Shown piece by piece: positions 10,251 to 20,179 of a stretch of 64,000 bases of DNA. This stretch comes from an uncultured Nitrospiraceae bacterium (GTDB lineage: Bacteria > Nitrospirota > Thermodesulfovibrionia > Thermodesulfovibrionales > Dissulfurispiraceae), in the NCBI GenBank assembly GCA_963727805.1, contig CAVSHF010000003.1, positions 96,001-160,000 of the forward strand, given 5' to 3'. The first letter of the stretch is position 1, and each line of letters opens with the position of its first letter. Both the position numbers and the translations under genes were made by a program. The notes beneath the pieces were generated by a model, which was not told where the DNA came from, did not search any database, and saw nothing but the letters and a program-made list of their open reading frames with translations.

Positions 10251-10625
10251 ATGGGTATCCAATTAATAGCTATGAAACGTGATTGGGAACTGATCAGAGA
10301 AATACTCACACGGCTTGAGAAAACTCAGTCGTCCAAGGCATGTCTCCGTTCTGACGAGCTGTCTGATTACGATGCTGATGATGTTGCGTACCAAATGAAA
10401 ATGCTGATCCAAGCGGGGCTAATAGAGGGACTACGCGGTTGCAGGCACTGCACTGCCTACAGCCTCACATGGGAAGGACATGAATTCCTTGATACGGTAA
10501 GGTCAAAGCCTATATGGGATAGTGCGACAATAATGCTTCAAGAGAAGGGCATCGAGATGTCCATCGATGCCTTCAAAACAGCCGCAAGAATCGCTATCGG
10601 AGGCATATTTGGGGAGCGACAGTGA
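10251..10625 (+). CDS. DUF2513-family winged-helix protein
   Basis: MKRDWELIREIL ... LTWEGHEFLDTVR. The start may be 10272. Confidence 0.85.
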   Translation: MGIQLIAMKRDWELIREILTRLEKTQSSKACLRSDELSDYDADDVAYQMKMLIQAGLIEGLRGCRHCTAYSLTWEGHEFLDTVRSKPIWDSATIMLQEKGIEMSIDAFKTAARIAIGGIFGERQ

Positions 10626-11312
10626 ATTGCAGCCTCCACAACCATAGCCACACATTCCCTTATTTCACATCCTTGTAACAGGCAGCATTTATGTTTACCA
10701 TGACTGTCAACAATTCTTGACCAGATTTCTCCTAGACACTTTTTCACATCTGTAGTCCTAAACATGTTGATTTGAGCTCGCGTGTAACTCCTTATACTGT
10801 TCGGCCTCAGAAAACGAACTGCGGGAGCATTGTATTTCTGGTAATCCATCATCAGGTGATCTGGGAAACAGGCAAGATACACTTGTCAATGTTCACATAT
10901 AGATAATTGCTTCACCTTCTACTACTCACTTCTGCAGTGTCGCCAGAAATGATTTTTTTCAAAAGAAAATGTCGTCATCCTGGAATCAGCTTTTGCTGTG
11001 GTTGAGCTAAGATTGATCAATACTTTAGAAAAAAGGAAGCCAAAGGGCAGCGTAATTCCGTTCCGCAAATATATGTTTGCGGAACCGCTCTCAATCCCCC
11101 TTACCAATGTAAAGAAGAATAGGGGGGGATGCGGCAACAGGCCTGATATCAAAGGCAATGCTTTGAACTTATAACCCCGGGCCACAGGTCTAAAGCATCT
11201 CTATATCACCACAAAAGATCTGCAGATCCCCATATCCGGGATGGACATACTGAACTCGGCAACTGCCTGCCGGGTTTTCTATTCGACTATTTTCGATGAG
11301 GGATCCATCTTA

Positions 11313-11630
11313 TTATTCTTTATTGCGGACACCATAGCGCGAGCGAAAAAAACTGTCGAATTCTTCATCGACCGTTTGAATTCCATGTTTATCCAAAAAA
11401 TACCTTCTTTCCTCATTCGCCGCATTTAGGGGCTGTATTGCGAATGTGTTGAATTGATTGATGATCTCATTAGTTTTGTCATCCTTGATGTAGAGATAGT
11501 GGGTCGTTTTCTGGTTCACAACGATAAACAAGTGAACCGCGTAATCAACCAAATATGCGTGTGTCACCTCTTTTGCAGACAGGGCGTTCTGCATATGCCT
11601 CTTTACGTCGTTCGCTTTCGTCTCATACAT
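11313..11630 (-). CDS. Hypothetical protein
   Basis: ORF with GGAGG RBS before MYETK. Confidence 0.55.
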   Translation of the reverse strand: MYETKANDVKRHMQNALSAKEVTHAYLVDYAVHLFIVVNQKTTHYLYIKDDKTNEIINQFNTFAIQPLNAANEERRYFLDKHGIQTVDEEFDSFFRSRYGVRNKE

Positions 11631-11928
11631 TTGAGATGGACCTCCTTCCACAAAATACGTGCTAATTACAATTTATGCTTTTTCAAGGATTCTGCAAACC
11701 GTTGCTCCTTGTCCATACAATGTCCTCTAGTGGGTGCATGCGACAGGGAGAAACGGGCCTGAGTATTTGCATTTGCACTGTGCGGCGAATCTATGCCTGC
11801 CTAGCGAGTGGAGTTCCGTGAGGATTTGATATTACTTCTCGCCTGATAATCAGCACTTTTCGCCTCTTGAGTCGGACGCGAAATTCTGGTAACAACCTGG
11901 CTTCCCAGGCTTATCTTCTGATCTTTGA

Positions 11929-12099
11929 TCATTTCTTCCTAGCATTCGCTTTTTTCACAGGCTCGTCAAACAGACTCGGACGATAATATCTGGCTAGAGC
12001 ACCACACCTATTGCGCTTCGGGCAGTTCTGCTCGCAGGCAACTACATAGCGTGTAGATCCCTTAATTGGACATATAATCTTATCGTTTGGGTTATTCAT
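11929..12099 (-). CDS. Small Cys-rich protein (56 aa), below ORF-track cutoff
   Basis: MNNPNDKIICPIKGSTRYVVACEQNCPKRNRCGALARYYRPSLFDEPVKKANARKK; lies directly downstream of the 12136-12534 gene. Confidence 0.55.
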   Translation of the reverse strand: MNNPNDKIICPIKGSTRYVVACEQNCPKRNRCGALARYYRPSLFDEPVKKANARKK

Positions 12100-12135
12100 A
12101 TCGGTGGCGTCCCGTCCAATACCTACGCTGATAGG

Positions 12136-12534
12136 CTAAAGGTCAATTTGCTTCTTTGATCTCTTTTTGCCTATTACTTTTTCAATCGGCTCAACCCCAA
12201 AACGGAGGTCGTTTATCTTGATTGCATCAACAATATCCTCAGCCACAGTTTCAAAATTCTCTGACGCTTCCGGCAAGTAGAGCCACTTCTTCAGGACCGG
12301 ATGCTGAACGATGTCACTAAAATCTTTCAGGATACTGGCGTGAAATTGATGGTCAGTCGGGATTAATAGCCCCTTCCACGGTTCTTTTCCTGACGATAAT
12401 AGCAAGGACAGGCGACCATGGAGATAAACAGCAAGACACCCAAACATGTTTTTTTCCAAATAGCTCCGTTCTTCCTCAATGGATTCAACAACCCAACGGA
12501 GGGGGGGGGCTTTCTTTTTATGTCGGGTAACCAT
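12136..12534 (-). CDS. TfoX_N-like conserved hypothetical protein
   Basis: KNMFGCLAVYLHGRL, EPWKGLLIPT, HPVLKKWLYLPE, DLRFGVEP. Confidence 0.75.
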   Translation of the reverse strand: MVTRHKKKAPPLRWVVESIEEERSYLEKNMFGCLAVYLHGRLSLLLSSGKEPWKGLLIPTDHQFHASILKDFSDIVQHPVLKKWLYLPEASENFETVAEDIVDAIKINDLRFGVEPIEKVIGKKRSKKQIDL

Positions 12535-13476
12535 ATCGGGTCAAGATTATTGCACAAGGTTCTCCAAATATCCTAGTGTCAATTGTCTATTTCACGTAAG
12601 CAAAACATACCTATATGATAATTGTTGCAAAAAACAAGAGGTAGATGGCACCTATGCCCCCTACCTCACTTTTTAAAGGTTGCCAGAAACGCCTGGTAAC
12701 CGCTTTGGTTAGCCGACGACGTTAAAACTTCTTATTTGCTTCATTTCCGTCAGCTAACTTGGGGCTGTTTATCGCAGCCTCTTTGCCTCTTTCGAGACTC
12801 CTTTCTCCCGTATCAAACGCTCTATCTGGAGAAAGGCTTAGAGAGAGTTCCTCTCCCTCTAATTTATTATACCCTGCAATGCGTCTATGGTAGACAACAG
12901 CTCTTCTACCGGAGGAGTTTCGACTGATGTTTTAGGCTTCCCTCTTGTATCTGAGGGTTTGTTCGCCACATCTGACACCCACTCCCTTACACTTAATTGT
13001 TCCTTTGTCTTGCCATAGAACCAATTGCCAGCTCTAATTAATCTTAGTTTAGCTCTAGATTTGTGGGTTGTCAAGACAAATTATAGTTACGGCTGGAAAA
13101 TAACGCTGTATATTCAATAAATTAACCAATGCCTTCCATATCTTAAAGTTCAATCGGAGTTTTATGAGATATTATTTGATTTGTATAATGACCGAAGGTA
13201 GTTCCTTCAAAAAACTCTCCGACGCAATCAGTGACATTTCTCTCACGATATATGAAAGGATCAGCCGTTACTGGAGTCCAGCAGGGAAAGAGCCCATGGC
13301 ATGCAAGCAGTTCCTCTGGATATATCTATAGCAGAGCAGGGCAAAAAATCTTCTCCGCCTTTGTCTATTCGGGATTATCTTAGGAAAAGGATCCACTTGA
13401 TAATACTCAGATTACTCATTACAATCTATCAATGATGGTAAGATAAATTTCACTTCATCTTTTGGAGGGTACTTTA

Positions 13477-14043
13477 ATGAAAAGAAATTTGGGAGCAATG
13501 AATTGCCTTTACCCTATGCCAATCACGCTAGTAGGTGCGACTGTAAACGGAAAACCGAATTTTCTCACAGTCGCCCATGTGGGCATTATGAACCATGCGC
13601 AGCCAACATACATATCCGTAGGGTTGGGGAAGATGCATTATACGAATGCGGGGATTAAGGAAAACCGCACTTTCAGCGTGAATATTCCCTCCGAAGATAT
13701 GGTAGTAGAAACAGATTTCTGCGGTATCGTTTCGGGTAAACAGACTGATAAGAGCACATTGTTTGAACTATTTGCCGGTGAACTCAAGACTGCTCCCATG
13801 ATTACAAAATGTCCCGTTAATATTGAGTGTCGGCTTTATAATACCATCGATTTTCCTACCCACGATGTATTCATCGGTGAAATCGTGGCAGCCTACTGCA
13901 ATGAAGACGTTATTCGCGACGGCACGGTTGATCTGATCAAAGTAAAGCCTATGCTCTTCGACATGGGGAGGAAAAGCTACTGGAAGCTCGGGGAACCTTT
14001 CGCACAGTGCTGGCATGTCGGGAAGCAACTTAACCCCAAGTAA
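13477..14043 (+). CDS. Flavin reductase-like (flavoredoxin) protein
   Basis: YPMPITLVG, GKPNF, HYTNAGI, DFCGIVSG, APMITKCPVNIEC, HDVFIGEI. Confidence 0.92.
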   Translation: MKRNLGAMNCLYPMPITLVGATVNGKPNFLTVAHVGIMNHAQPTYISVGLGKMHYTNAGIKENRTFSVNIPSEDMVVETDFCGIVSGKQTDKSTLFELFAGELKTAPMITKCPVNIECRLYNTIDFPTHDVFIGEIVAAYCNEDVIRDGTVDLIKVKPMLFDMGRKSYWKLGEPFAQCWHVGKQLNPK

Positions 14044-14236
14044 CTTTTCGTATGCAGTACTGTGTCTAACTTTATCAACCTTCCAGAAAGATCACTCAAT
14101 GATGTACTGGCAATTATTATGCTGATTTAAGATTAAAAGTCTTGGGTGACAGTTGGAGGAAGGACGATCATACAAAGAGGTGGCCCCCATTGGTTGGACA
14201 GCTTTGGGGCTGATTTAAGGTGGAAGCCACCGGTCA

Positions 14237-15103
14237 TCATGCCGCCAGTTTTCCCGGGCAACCTGCCTTTGGCAGATTCCAGTATGCTTCATGAGGCGTC
14301 CTGTCGTCCAGAGAAGAATGAGGACGCTCCTCGTTATACTGCTTGATCCACTCGCCGATGCCATTTCTTGCTTCATTGCCGGTCTCAAATGCGTATCTAT
14401 AAACGCAATCATACTTCAGTGATCGCCATAGCCGTTCAACCATCACGTTATCCACCCAGCGGCCTTTTCCGTCCATTGATATCTTTACACCGGAATCCAG
14501 GAGCGTCTGTGTGAACTCAATACTGGTGAACTGGCTGCCTTGATCGGTATTGAAGATCCCTGGTTTGCCGTATCTGGCCAAGGCCTCTTTGAGGGCTGTC
14601 ACACAGAAAGCAGCTTCCATAGTGTTGCTGAGCCGCCAGCTTAAAACCTTTCGGCTCGCCCAGTCCATAATCGCCACCAAATATAGAAATCCCCGTCGCA
14701 TCGGGATGAAGCTGATATCGGCGCACCACACCTGGTTTGGCTCCGTAATGTTCAAGCCTCTAAGCAGATAGGGATAGACCTTGTGCTCAGGATGCGGTTT
14801 GCTCGTGTTGGGTTTCTGGTACATCGCCATTAGCCCCATCTTCTGCATCAATCGACTTACCCGCTTCCTGTTTACCCAATATCCCTGCCGCCGTAAATAG
14901 CGCGCCATCTGACGGGCTCCATATTCCGGGGTCTTCAGAAATTGCTCGTCAATTAGGCGCATCAACTCCAGATTCTGTGCCGATTCTCCCATTGCTTCGT
15001 AATACCACGACGAGCGGCTGATTTGAAGTAGGTTGCACTGTCTCGTAATGCTGAGCCTCGGGTGTTCCGGTTCAATTATCTCTTTCCTTCGATCGCGGCT
15101 CAT
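14237..15103 (-). CDS. IS3 transposase OrfB (rve integrase core)
   Basis: PNQVWCADISFI, FNTDQGSQF, SMDGKGRWVDNVMVERLWRSLKY. Confidence 0.95.
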   Translation of the reverse strand: MSRDRRKEIIEPEHPRLSITRQCNLLQISRSSWYYEAMGESAQNLELMRLIDEQFLKTPEYGARQMARYLRRQGYWVNRKRVSRLMQKMGLMAMYQKPNTSKPHPEHKVYPYLLRGLNITEPNQVWCADISFIPMRRGFLYLVAIMDWASRKVLSWRLSNTMEAAFCVTALKEALARYGKPGIFNTDQGSQFTSIEFTQTLLDSGVKISMDGKGRWVDNVMVERLWRSLKYDCVYRYAFETGNEARNGIGEWIKQYNEERPHSSLDDRTPHEAYWNLPKAGCPGKLAA

Positions 15104-15387
15104 CGATTGAAGGCTTTCGCTAAAAAATCCCGCTCCACTGTCAACTGCCCAATCTTGGCATGCAGTTCCGTGATTTGAGCCTCGTGAGCGTTTTCGTTAC
15201 GACCGTGCTTCCCTGTAAATACATCTGCAAGCCCTTCAATAGCCTGCTTCTTCCACTCGCTAACCTGATTGGGGTGAATATTGTACCGTGATGCGATCTC
15301 TACAATCGTCGATCCCTCCCTCATTGCTTCACGCGCTACCTTTGCTTTGAACTCCCCTGAATATCGGTTCCTCTTTGTTTTGCTCAT
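15100..15387 (-). CDS. IS3 transposase OrfA (HTH)
   Basis: RYSGEFKAKVA...IHPNQVSEWKKQ...KIGQLTVERDFL; ATGA overlap with OrfB. Confidence 0.93.
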   Translation of the reverse strand: MSKTKRNRYSGEFKAKVAREAMREGSTIVEIASRYNIHPNQVSEWKKQAIEGLADVFTGKHGRNENAHEAQITELHAKIGQLTVERDFLAKAFNR

Positions 15388-15581
15388 CTCAGTGCGACCT
15401 CCAGTCAATCGTATATTTTACACCTTATACGACTGTCCGATTTCTGGGGTCCACCTCTCAATTTAAGTTGCCAATTCAGAGATTTTTTTAGTGTGTACTT
15501 GGGCATAACTGCTTTTGTTGGACTAGTGGGCAGAAGATCGACAGTATCAGGTCACCTGGAACCTAATGCTCGCCAGCTATC

Positions 15582-16262
15582 TTATTTGATGGAAACAAAG
15601 TTAGGAGATTCCCTAGTGGACATGACTCCGGTAAAGTCTCTACCGACTGCGTCATCAACTGCGCCTATTTTCCTAAAAACGTCATTAAACCATTCGAGAT
15701 AATCATCAACCAGATCGACAGATGAGACAGATGATGCAAACACTTCTATTCTGCTTCTTCCCACTATTTTTTCGAATATCTTACTGCCCGACCCTACATG
15801 CATAAGCATTCCGCCACTGTCCAAGCTCCTGTAAAGCCTCGTGTGATTATGAAACTTGCTAAATAAGAATAAATTGGAGAAATACGCTGATCCAATTGGG
15901 TCAAAAAATGTAGCAATACTTTGGTTTTCCAGCCATGATTGTTGCTGCATGATTTCGGAACGATTAGCAACTTGGAGGAAGCACTCCATATGCGAACGAA
16001 TTGATTTCAAAACATCATCTATATTGGTGATTTCTTGCGCAGTGTCAATATATACATGATCATGTACATTGCCTGCGATACCAAGCGCAACAGTGCCGCG
16101 AGCAGTTAAAAAAATGCTCTGTGCTTCAGGGTTCTTTAAAGTGACACCTTCAGAGACCGTAACTTTGCCACATTTTATGGTTATTGGTCTATCAAATGCC
16201 GCTTTTTTATCACTCAGTAAGATTGAAAAATCTTTGTGCAATAAATTAATTATAAAGTGCAC
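15582..16262 (-). CDS. Hypothetical protein, possible proteasome-beta/Ntn-hydrolase-like fold
   Basis: Pattern FIINL...SILLSDKK...ALGIAG...HVGSG...DDAVG. Start assigned to GTG at 16262. Confidence 0.6.
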   Translation of the reverse strand: MHFIINLLHKDFSILLSDKKAAFDRPITIKCGKVTVSEGVTLKNPEAQSIFLTARGTVALGIAGNVHDHVYIDTAQEITNIDDVLKSIRSHMECFLQVANRSEIMQQQSWLENQSIATFFDPIGSAYFSNLFLFSKFHNHTRLYRSLDSGGMLMHVGSGSKIFEKIVGRSRIEVFASSVSSVDLVDDYLEWFNDVFRKIGAVDDAVGRDFTGVMSTRESPNFVSIK

Positions 16263-16488
16263 ACTTGTCCCTTTCCTGCAATCTTTCCGAGAAAGTTGCA
16301 ACGAAGATCATTCATGATTAATTCACACATGAGGACTCTCTCATTAATATAACATTGCTAAGCTGATGAAAAATACCCGATGAACATCAATAAGTTAACT
16401 AACCATGTCTTCAAGACGGAATTTGCGCAGAAGCTGTTCGAGCGTGGAGCTCGCATATGAATCGACTTATAGGGTAGGGCGATAAGGC

Positions 16489-17190
16489 TTAATCTTTTGT
16501 GCGTTCTTCCTCTCTTGCAAGCCGTTCATAGCCGCGGGCATAGGGTCCATAGATTTTGAGCCACATCTGCCTCAAACGCTTGTACCGTGGAGTCTTCTTC
16601 AGCTCCTCTGATGATGGCGGATTCCATTCCTTCTCGGGCTTCAATTGTTTGTTGGGTAGTGTCGCGGCCAACTTCTTGCATTGCTTTGAGTTTCGTTCTG
16701 CTATCTGAGCATCAGACATAAAATCATCCGGTCTCATTGAAGGCTTGGACAGGAATACGGCTCCGAAAAGCTTCCAAGCAGTATCTTTAAGCAGGAGCTC
16801 ATCTCCTGGTCTTGCTCCGTCCCACTCAGGTTCCGGCTTTGGATTTGTTTTTGGTCTGCCGCCTTTCTTCCCGTTCTCCTTGGCTGCGGCCACCTTTTTG
16901 GGGCTGCGCGATCGCCCGCCACGGCGCCCCAGCAATCGAGCGACTCGCTTGACATTCCATTCGTCCCGAGCATCAAGAAGAAATGCGTCAAATTCGTACA
17001 GCTCCTGCTCAGATTCGGCACTACCCGCTGTCAGATCGGACCTGCGTGCATCCACCTCAGCGCCTGCCGGGGCGGTTGACATCTCGCACAAGACAGTCAC
17101 TTCGGGATAGCGTTCTTCTAGTCTTGCCTGCAAGAATTCCTGCTCATCAGGGGACTCCGCGAATAGCTTTCCAGATATCATATCGATCAT
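16489..17190 (-). CDS. Hypothetical protein with LGRRGG...AAAKENGKKGGRPK motif (putative DNA-binding)
   Basis: 233-aa ORF with a basic KGG/GRP segment. Confidence 0.65.
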   Translation of the reverse strand: MIDMISGKLFAESPDEQEFLQARLEERYPEVTVLCEMSTAPAGAEVDARRSDLTAGSAESEQELYEFDAFLLDARDEWNVKRVARLLGRRGGRSRSPKKVAAAKENGKKGGRPKTNPKPEPEWDGARPGDELLLKDTAWKLFGAVFLSKPSMRPDDFMSDAQIAERNSKQCKKLAATLPNKQLKPEKEWNPPSSEELKKTPRYKRLRQMWLKIYGPYARGYERLAREEERTKD

Positions 17191-17249
17191 TATACCCTAT
17201 CGCTTAGGTTATAAGCTAGAAATATATAAACCCAATAGCTTTGGATATT
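17191..17249. promoter_or_regulatory. Two 23-bp imperfect dyad operator-like sites
   Basis: TATACCCTATCGCTTAGGTTATA (17191-17213) and TAAACCCAATAGCTTTGGATATT (17227-17249), 17/23 identical. Confidence 0.45.
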
Positions 17250-17517
17250 ATGCAGAAGTGACTCCTTACATCAATACCTGAAGGGGAGTATAGGAAAAAA
17301 ATTTAGGTCCGGGAGGGTGAAATGATATGTCAACGGCGTTAGTGGGGATCTGCGACACAATCATATTACAATCAGCGTTTAGCAAGTTGGCGGTCGCTAA
17401 ATTCAGGCGGAACGTCTGGGAAAGGACATTAGATGTTGTAAACACGATGACAATAAATAGTCATAAACTACTAAAATAGCCTAAGATAGCTTGAAATAAT
17501 AAGAATCGAGGCATACT

Positions 17518-18186
17518 ATGTGTGGACGATTTGACCTGCATTCCGATCCAGCCGTAATATTGAAAATGTTCAAAATAGATCATTTCGCGATCGAGTACCA
17601 GCCTAGCTATAATATTCCGCCGTCTCGCCAAATAGTTGTAGTTAAGGACGATGGACAGAGGAAGCTTCTTCAGTGCAGATGGGGCTTCCTTCCTTCTTGG
17701 GCCAAGGATACGAAAATTGGGTTCAACATGATAAACGCCAAAGCGGAGACGGTAGCCGACAAGCAAGCGTTCAAGGATACATTTCGGCGGCAGAGGTGCC
17801 TTGTAGTCGCAGACGGTTTTTTCGAATGGCGCCACGAGGGCAAGCTACGGATACCTGTATACATCCGTCTCAAGTCTCAAAGGCCGATGGGATTTGCCGG
17901 CCTTTACAATACCTGGAAATCACCGGACGGTGACGCGATTTGTACCTGCAGTATTATTACAACTGAAGCTAACGAGCTGTTGAGCCCGATCCATGGCAGG
18001 ATGCCAGCTATAATCCCTGAGGATAAATTTGATCTCTGGTTGGACCCCAATATCAGCGACAAGGATAGACTGATGCCACTACTAAGACCATATTCTCCTG
18101 ATGAAATGGAGTACTCCGAAGTCTCGTCAGTAATCAACAAGCCTGAGAATGATACGCCGGAAGTCATTATGCCGGTTAAGCCGTAG
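17518..18186 (+). CDS. SOS response-associated peptidase (SRAP/YedK/HMCES)
   Basis: MCGRF N-terminus, YNIPPS, RWG..P.W, RCLVVADGFFEW, IHGRMPAI. Confidence 0.95.
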   Translation: MCGRFDLHSDPAVILKMFKIDHFAIEYQPSYNIPPSRQIVVVKDDGQRKLLQCRWGFLPSWAKDTKIGFNMINAKAETVADKQAFKDTFRRQRCLVVADGFFEWRHEGKLRIPVYIRLKSQRPMGFAGLYNTWKSPDGDAICTCSIITTEANELLSPIHGRMPAIIPEDKFDLWLDPNISDKDRLMPLLRPYSPDEMEYSEVSSVINKPENDTPEVIMPVKP

Positions 18187-18335
18187 TCATTGTGCCAATG
18201 TATCACTCAAGCACCCTAAATTAGTTTCACCGGGAAGCCATGTGATACCGACGCTACGTAATAATTTTATTCAAATCCATGCAAAAACATAAAAAGACAT
18301 ACAAAGACAAGAAATGGGACAAAGGCCTGATAATA

Positions 18336-18719
18336 TTAGCTTTGAGGCAAATTACTGGGGTATTTCAAAGATATACTTTGCTTATTCCCTGCGTCATCAA
18401 GACAAACAAAGGTCACGTTTGTGGAGAATACTCTTTCTTCCTTGCCAGCTTTTGAGGCTTCGTTAAATACATTCACGGTGTATTGAACTGAAGTGTTGCC
18501 AGTTCTTACTTTTTCTGCGAGGAATCTGAGGATAGTGCCTTCTTTTATGCTTTTTCGAAATTCGACCTTATCCATTCCGATGGTAACAAACTGGCATTCC
18601 GGAAAGTCCAGACTCGCAGCTATCCAAGCCAATTCATCAACCCATTTCAATAGGTAGCCGCCGAACAAGTAACCAAATTGATTAAGATGTTGAGGAAGAA
18701 CTAATTTGTAATTTTCCAT
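18336..18719 (-). CDS. Hotdog-fold acyl-CoA thioesterase
   Basis: LVLPQHLNQFGYLFGGYLLKWVDE. Confidence 0.92.
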   Translation of the reverse strand: MENYKLVLPQHLNQFGYLFGGYLLKWVDELAWIAASLDFPECQFVTIGMDKVEFRKSIKEGTILRFLAEKVRTGNTSVQYTVNVFNEASKAGKEERVFSTNVTFVCLDDAGNKQSISLKYPSNLPQS

Positions 18720-18913
18720 AGATTATAGTGCCACATTCAATCCGTAAAGTGCATCATGCATCCTTCCAAATGACCTCCATATTCTTAACGAGGAGGCTTG
18801 ATATTATGAGCTTTAAGGTAATTTACTGAGGTATTTTAAAGCCTTCGAAAAACCGCGCCTCATAACTCTCAGCTTGAGACACCGGATTTCCGATTAACTC
18901 CAAAAAAGCAAAA

Positions 18914-19025
18914 AATATGTTACGATGGCATCGTCTTGATCTAATTTCGACTTAGCCCCGATTCTCTATCAATATATCTGCCAACAACCTGAAATAATCG
19001 TGCTGCACGATCTTCCTCTAATTCC
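18914..19025. repeat. Dispersed ~112-bp repeat, copy 1 (copy 2 at 22933-23045)
   Basis: Shared blocks AATATGTT, GTCTTGATCT, TTTCGACTT, AACAACyTGAAATAATCGyGCyGCACGATCTT. Confidence 0.7.
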
Positions 19026-19085
19026 TTGGTGTGGCAACTTGCCCTGCACTGGTTCCCATCTGTCATGACCGATCAACTATCGGCA

Positions 19086-19301
19086 CTACACACCTCAAGA
19101 CCCTCCATACCCTATTGTGATTTGTTCTCCTTCAACAATTACGGGTACTTTCCTGATGCCCTTTGTAAGCAAGAGCATTTCGTCCAATTTGTTTGAATCG
19201 TCTTTCACATTGACATATTCTGCCCTGTTTGCGTAAACCAACCTGGCTTTATCTGTATAAGGTCAGCCAGCCTTCCCATAGATAATGATTTTATGTGTCA
19301 T
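19086..19301 (-). CDS. UXX-star family glutaredoxin-like selenoprotein with two Sec (71 aa)
   Basis: GGAGG RBS. MTHKIIIYGKAG-U-PYTDKAR...RKVPVIVEGEQITIGYGGS-U-GV*. In-frame UGA at 19263-19265 and 19095-19097, each followed by a short hairpin with an AG-initial loop. Confidence 0.88.
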
Positions 19302-19698
19302 ATTATACCTCCTAATTAAATGATAACATGGGCACTTGGTCTTCATTGTTTAACAGATTATGATTTCCACATCATCTGTATAATTTATTTTGTATGTCGC
19401 GATGATGCCCCTTTCGGGCCAGTAGTGGGCGGGAAGGGGGATGATAGTTGCATGGAATGTGCAAGTAAAATAACTATTTCACTACATGCCGTTTAAAAAT
19501 GATTAACAATTCTATTCGGACAACATCCGGAGTTTCTTGTGCATGTAAAATCACCCTTACGGGGATAGCCCCAGGGATGTGTCGCATTAAAAAGACTATG
19601 TTACTAAGACGACTCTAAGTAAGTATACAGTCAGCGATGTATGAAGTCCCGACAATGAAGGATTCGGGAATTACAGTGTGCTCCTTTTGATGACTGTC

Positions 19699-19980
19699 TT
19701 AGTATCTGCCTTTAGTCTCCAGTGGCTTAATATCCTGTGGTTTAGTATCCTGTGGTTGGGAGCACCCTGATAGACACTCCTCATTCTTTTTCTCGCAGTA
19801 TGCTGTGCGTTCCTGTCGTTGGTCAGGATCCATTGCGGGTGTGTTTTCAAGACAGCCGACCGTGTATGACTCACAGGTTACGACACATTCGTCAGTGTGG
19901 GCCAGTAATTGAAAAGGGACTAGGAACATCACGAGGAGACAGATAAATAGCGTAAGGCCACATATAAACTTTGTCTTCAT
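19699..19980 (-). CDS. Small secreted six-Cys protein
   Basis: Signal peptide, Cx3Cx6C-x18-Cx6Cx3C, and a C-terminal PQDTK/PQDIK/PLETK 15-bp tandem repeat. Confidence 0.7.
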   Translation of the reverse strand: MKTKFICGLTLFICLLVMFLVPFQLLAHTDECVVTCESYTVGCLENTPAMDPDQRQERTAYCEKKNEECLSGCSQPQDTKPQDIKPLETKGRY

Positions 19981-20002
19981 TGTTAATCCCTCTCTTTAAA
20001 TG

Positions 20003-20179
20003 TTAGTTTCGGAAACTAATACCTGTAAAGTCAAACCGGTATTGTCCCTGAATGATTCTGATCAACACCACAATGAGTGCGATAACAAGCAGCATATGAA
20101 TGGATCCATTAAGCTGGTAGCCACTCACAAGCTTCCACAGCCAGAGTATCGTGAGTACTACAGAAATATTACGAAGTAT
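20003..20179 (-). pseudogene. lmo0937 (DUF5670)-like small membrane protein, degenerate
   Basis: GAGGAG RBS followed by ATA instead of ATG. ILWLWKLVSGYQLNGSIHMLLVIALIVVLIRIIQG. Confidence 0.6.

Larger units (their letters stand above)
14176..15458 (-). mobile_element. IS3-family insertion sequence
   Basis: Imperfect IRs AGAGGTGG(C/A)CCCCA....GGACAG at both ends, flanked by a 3-bp CAA direct repeat. Confidence 0.9.
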
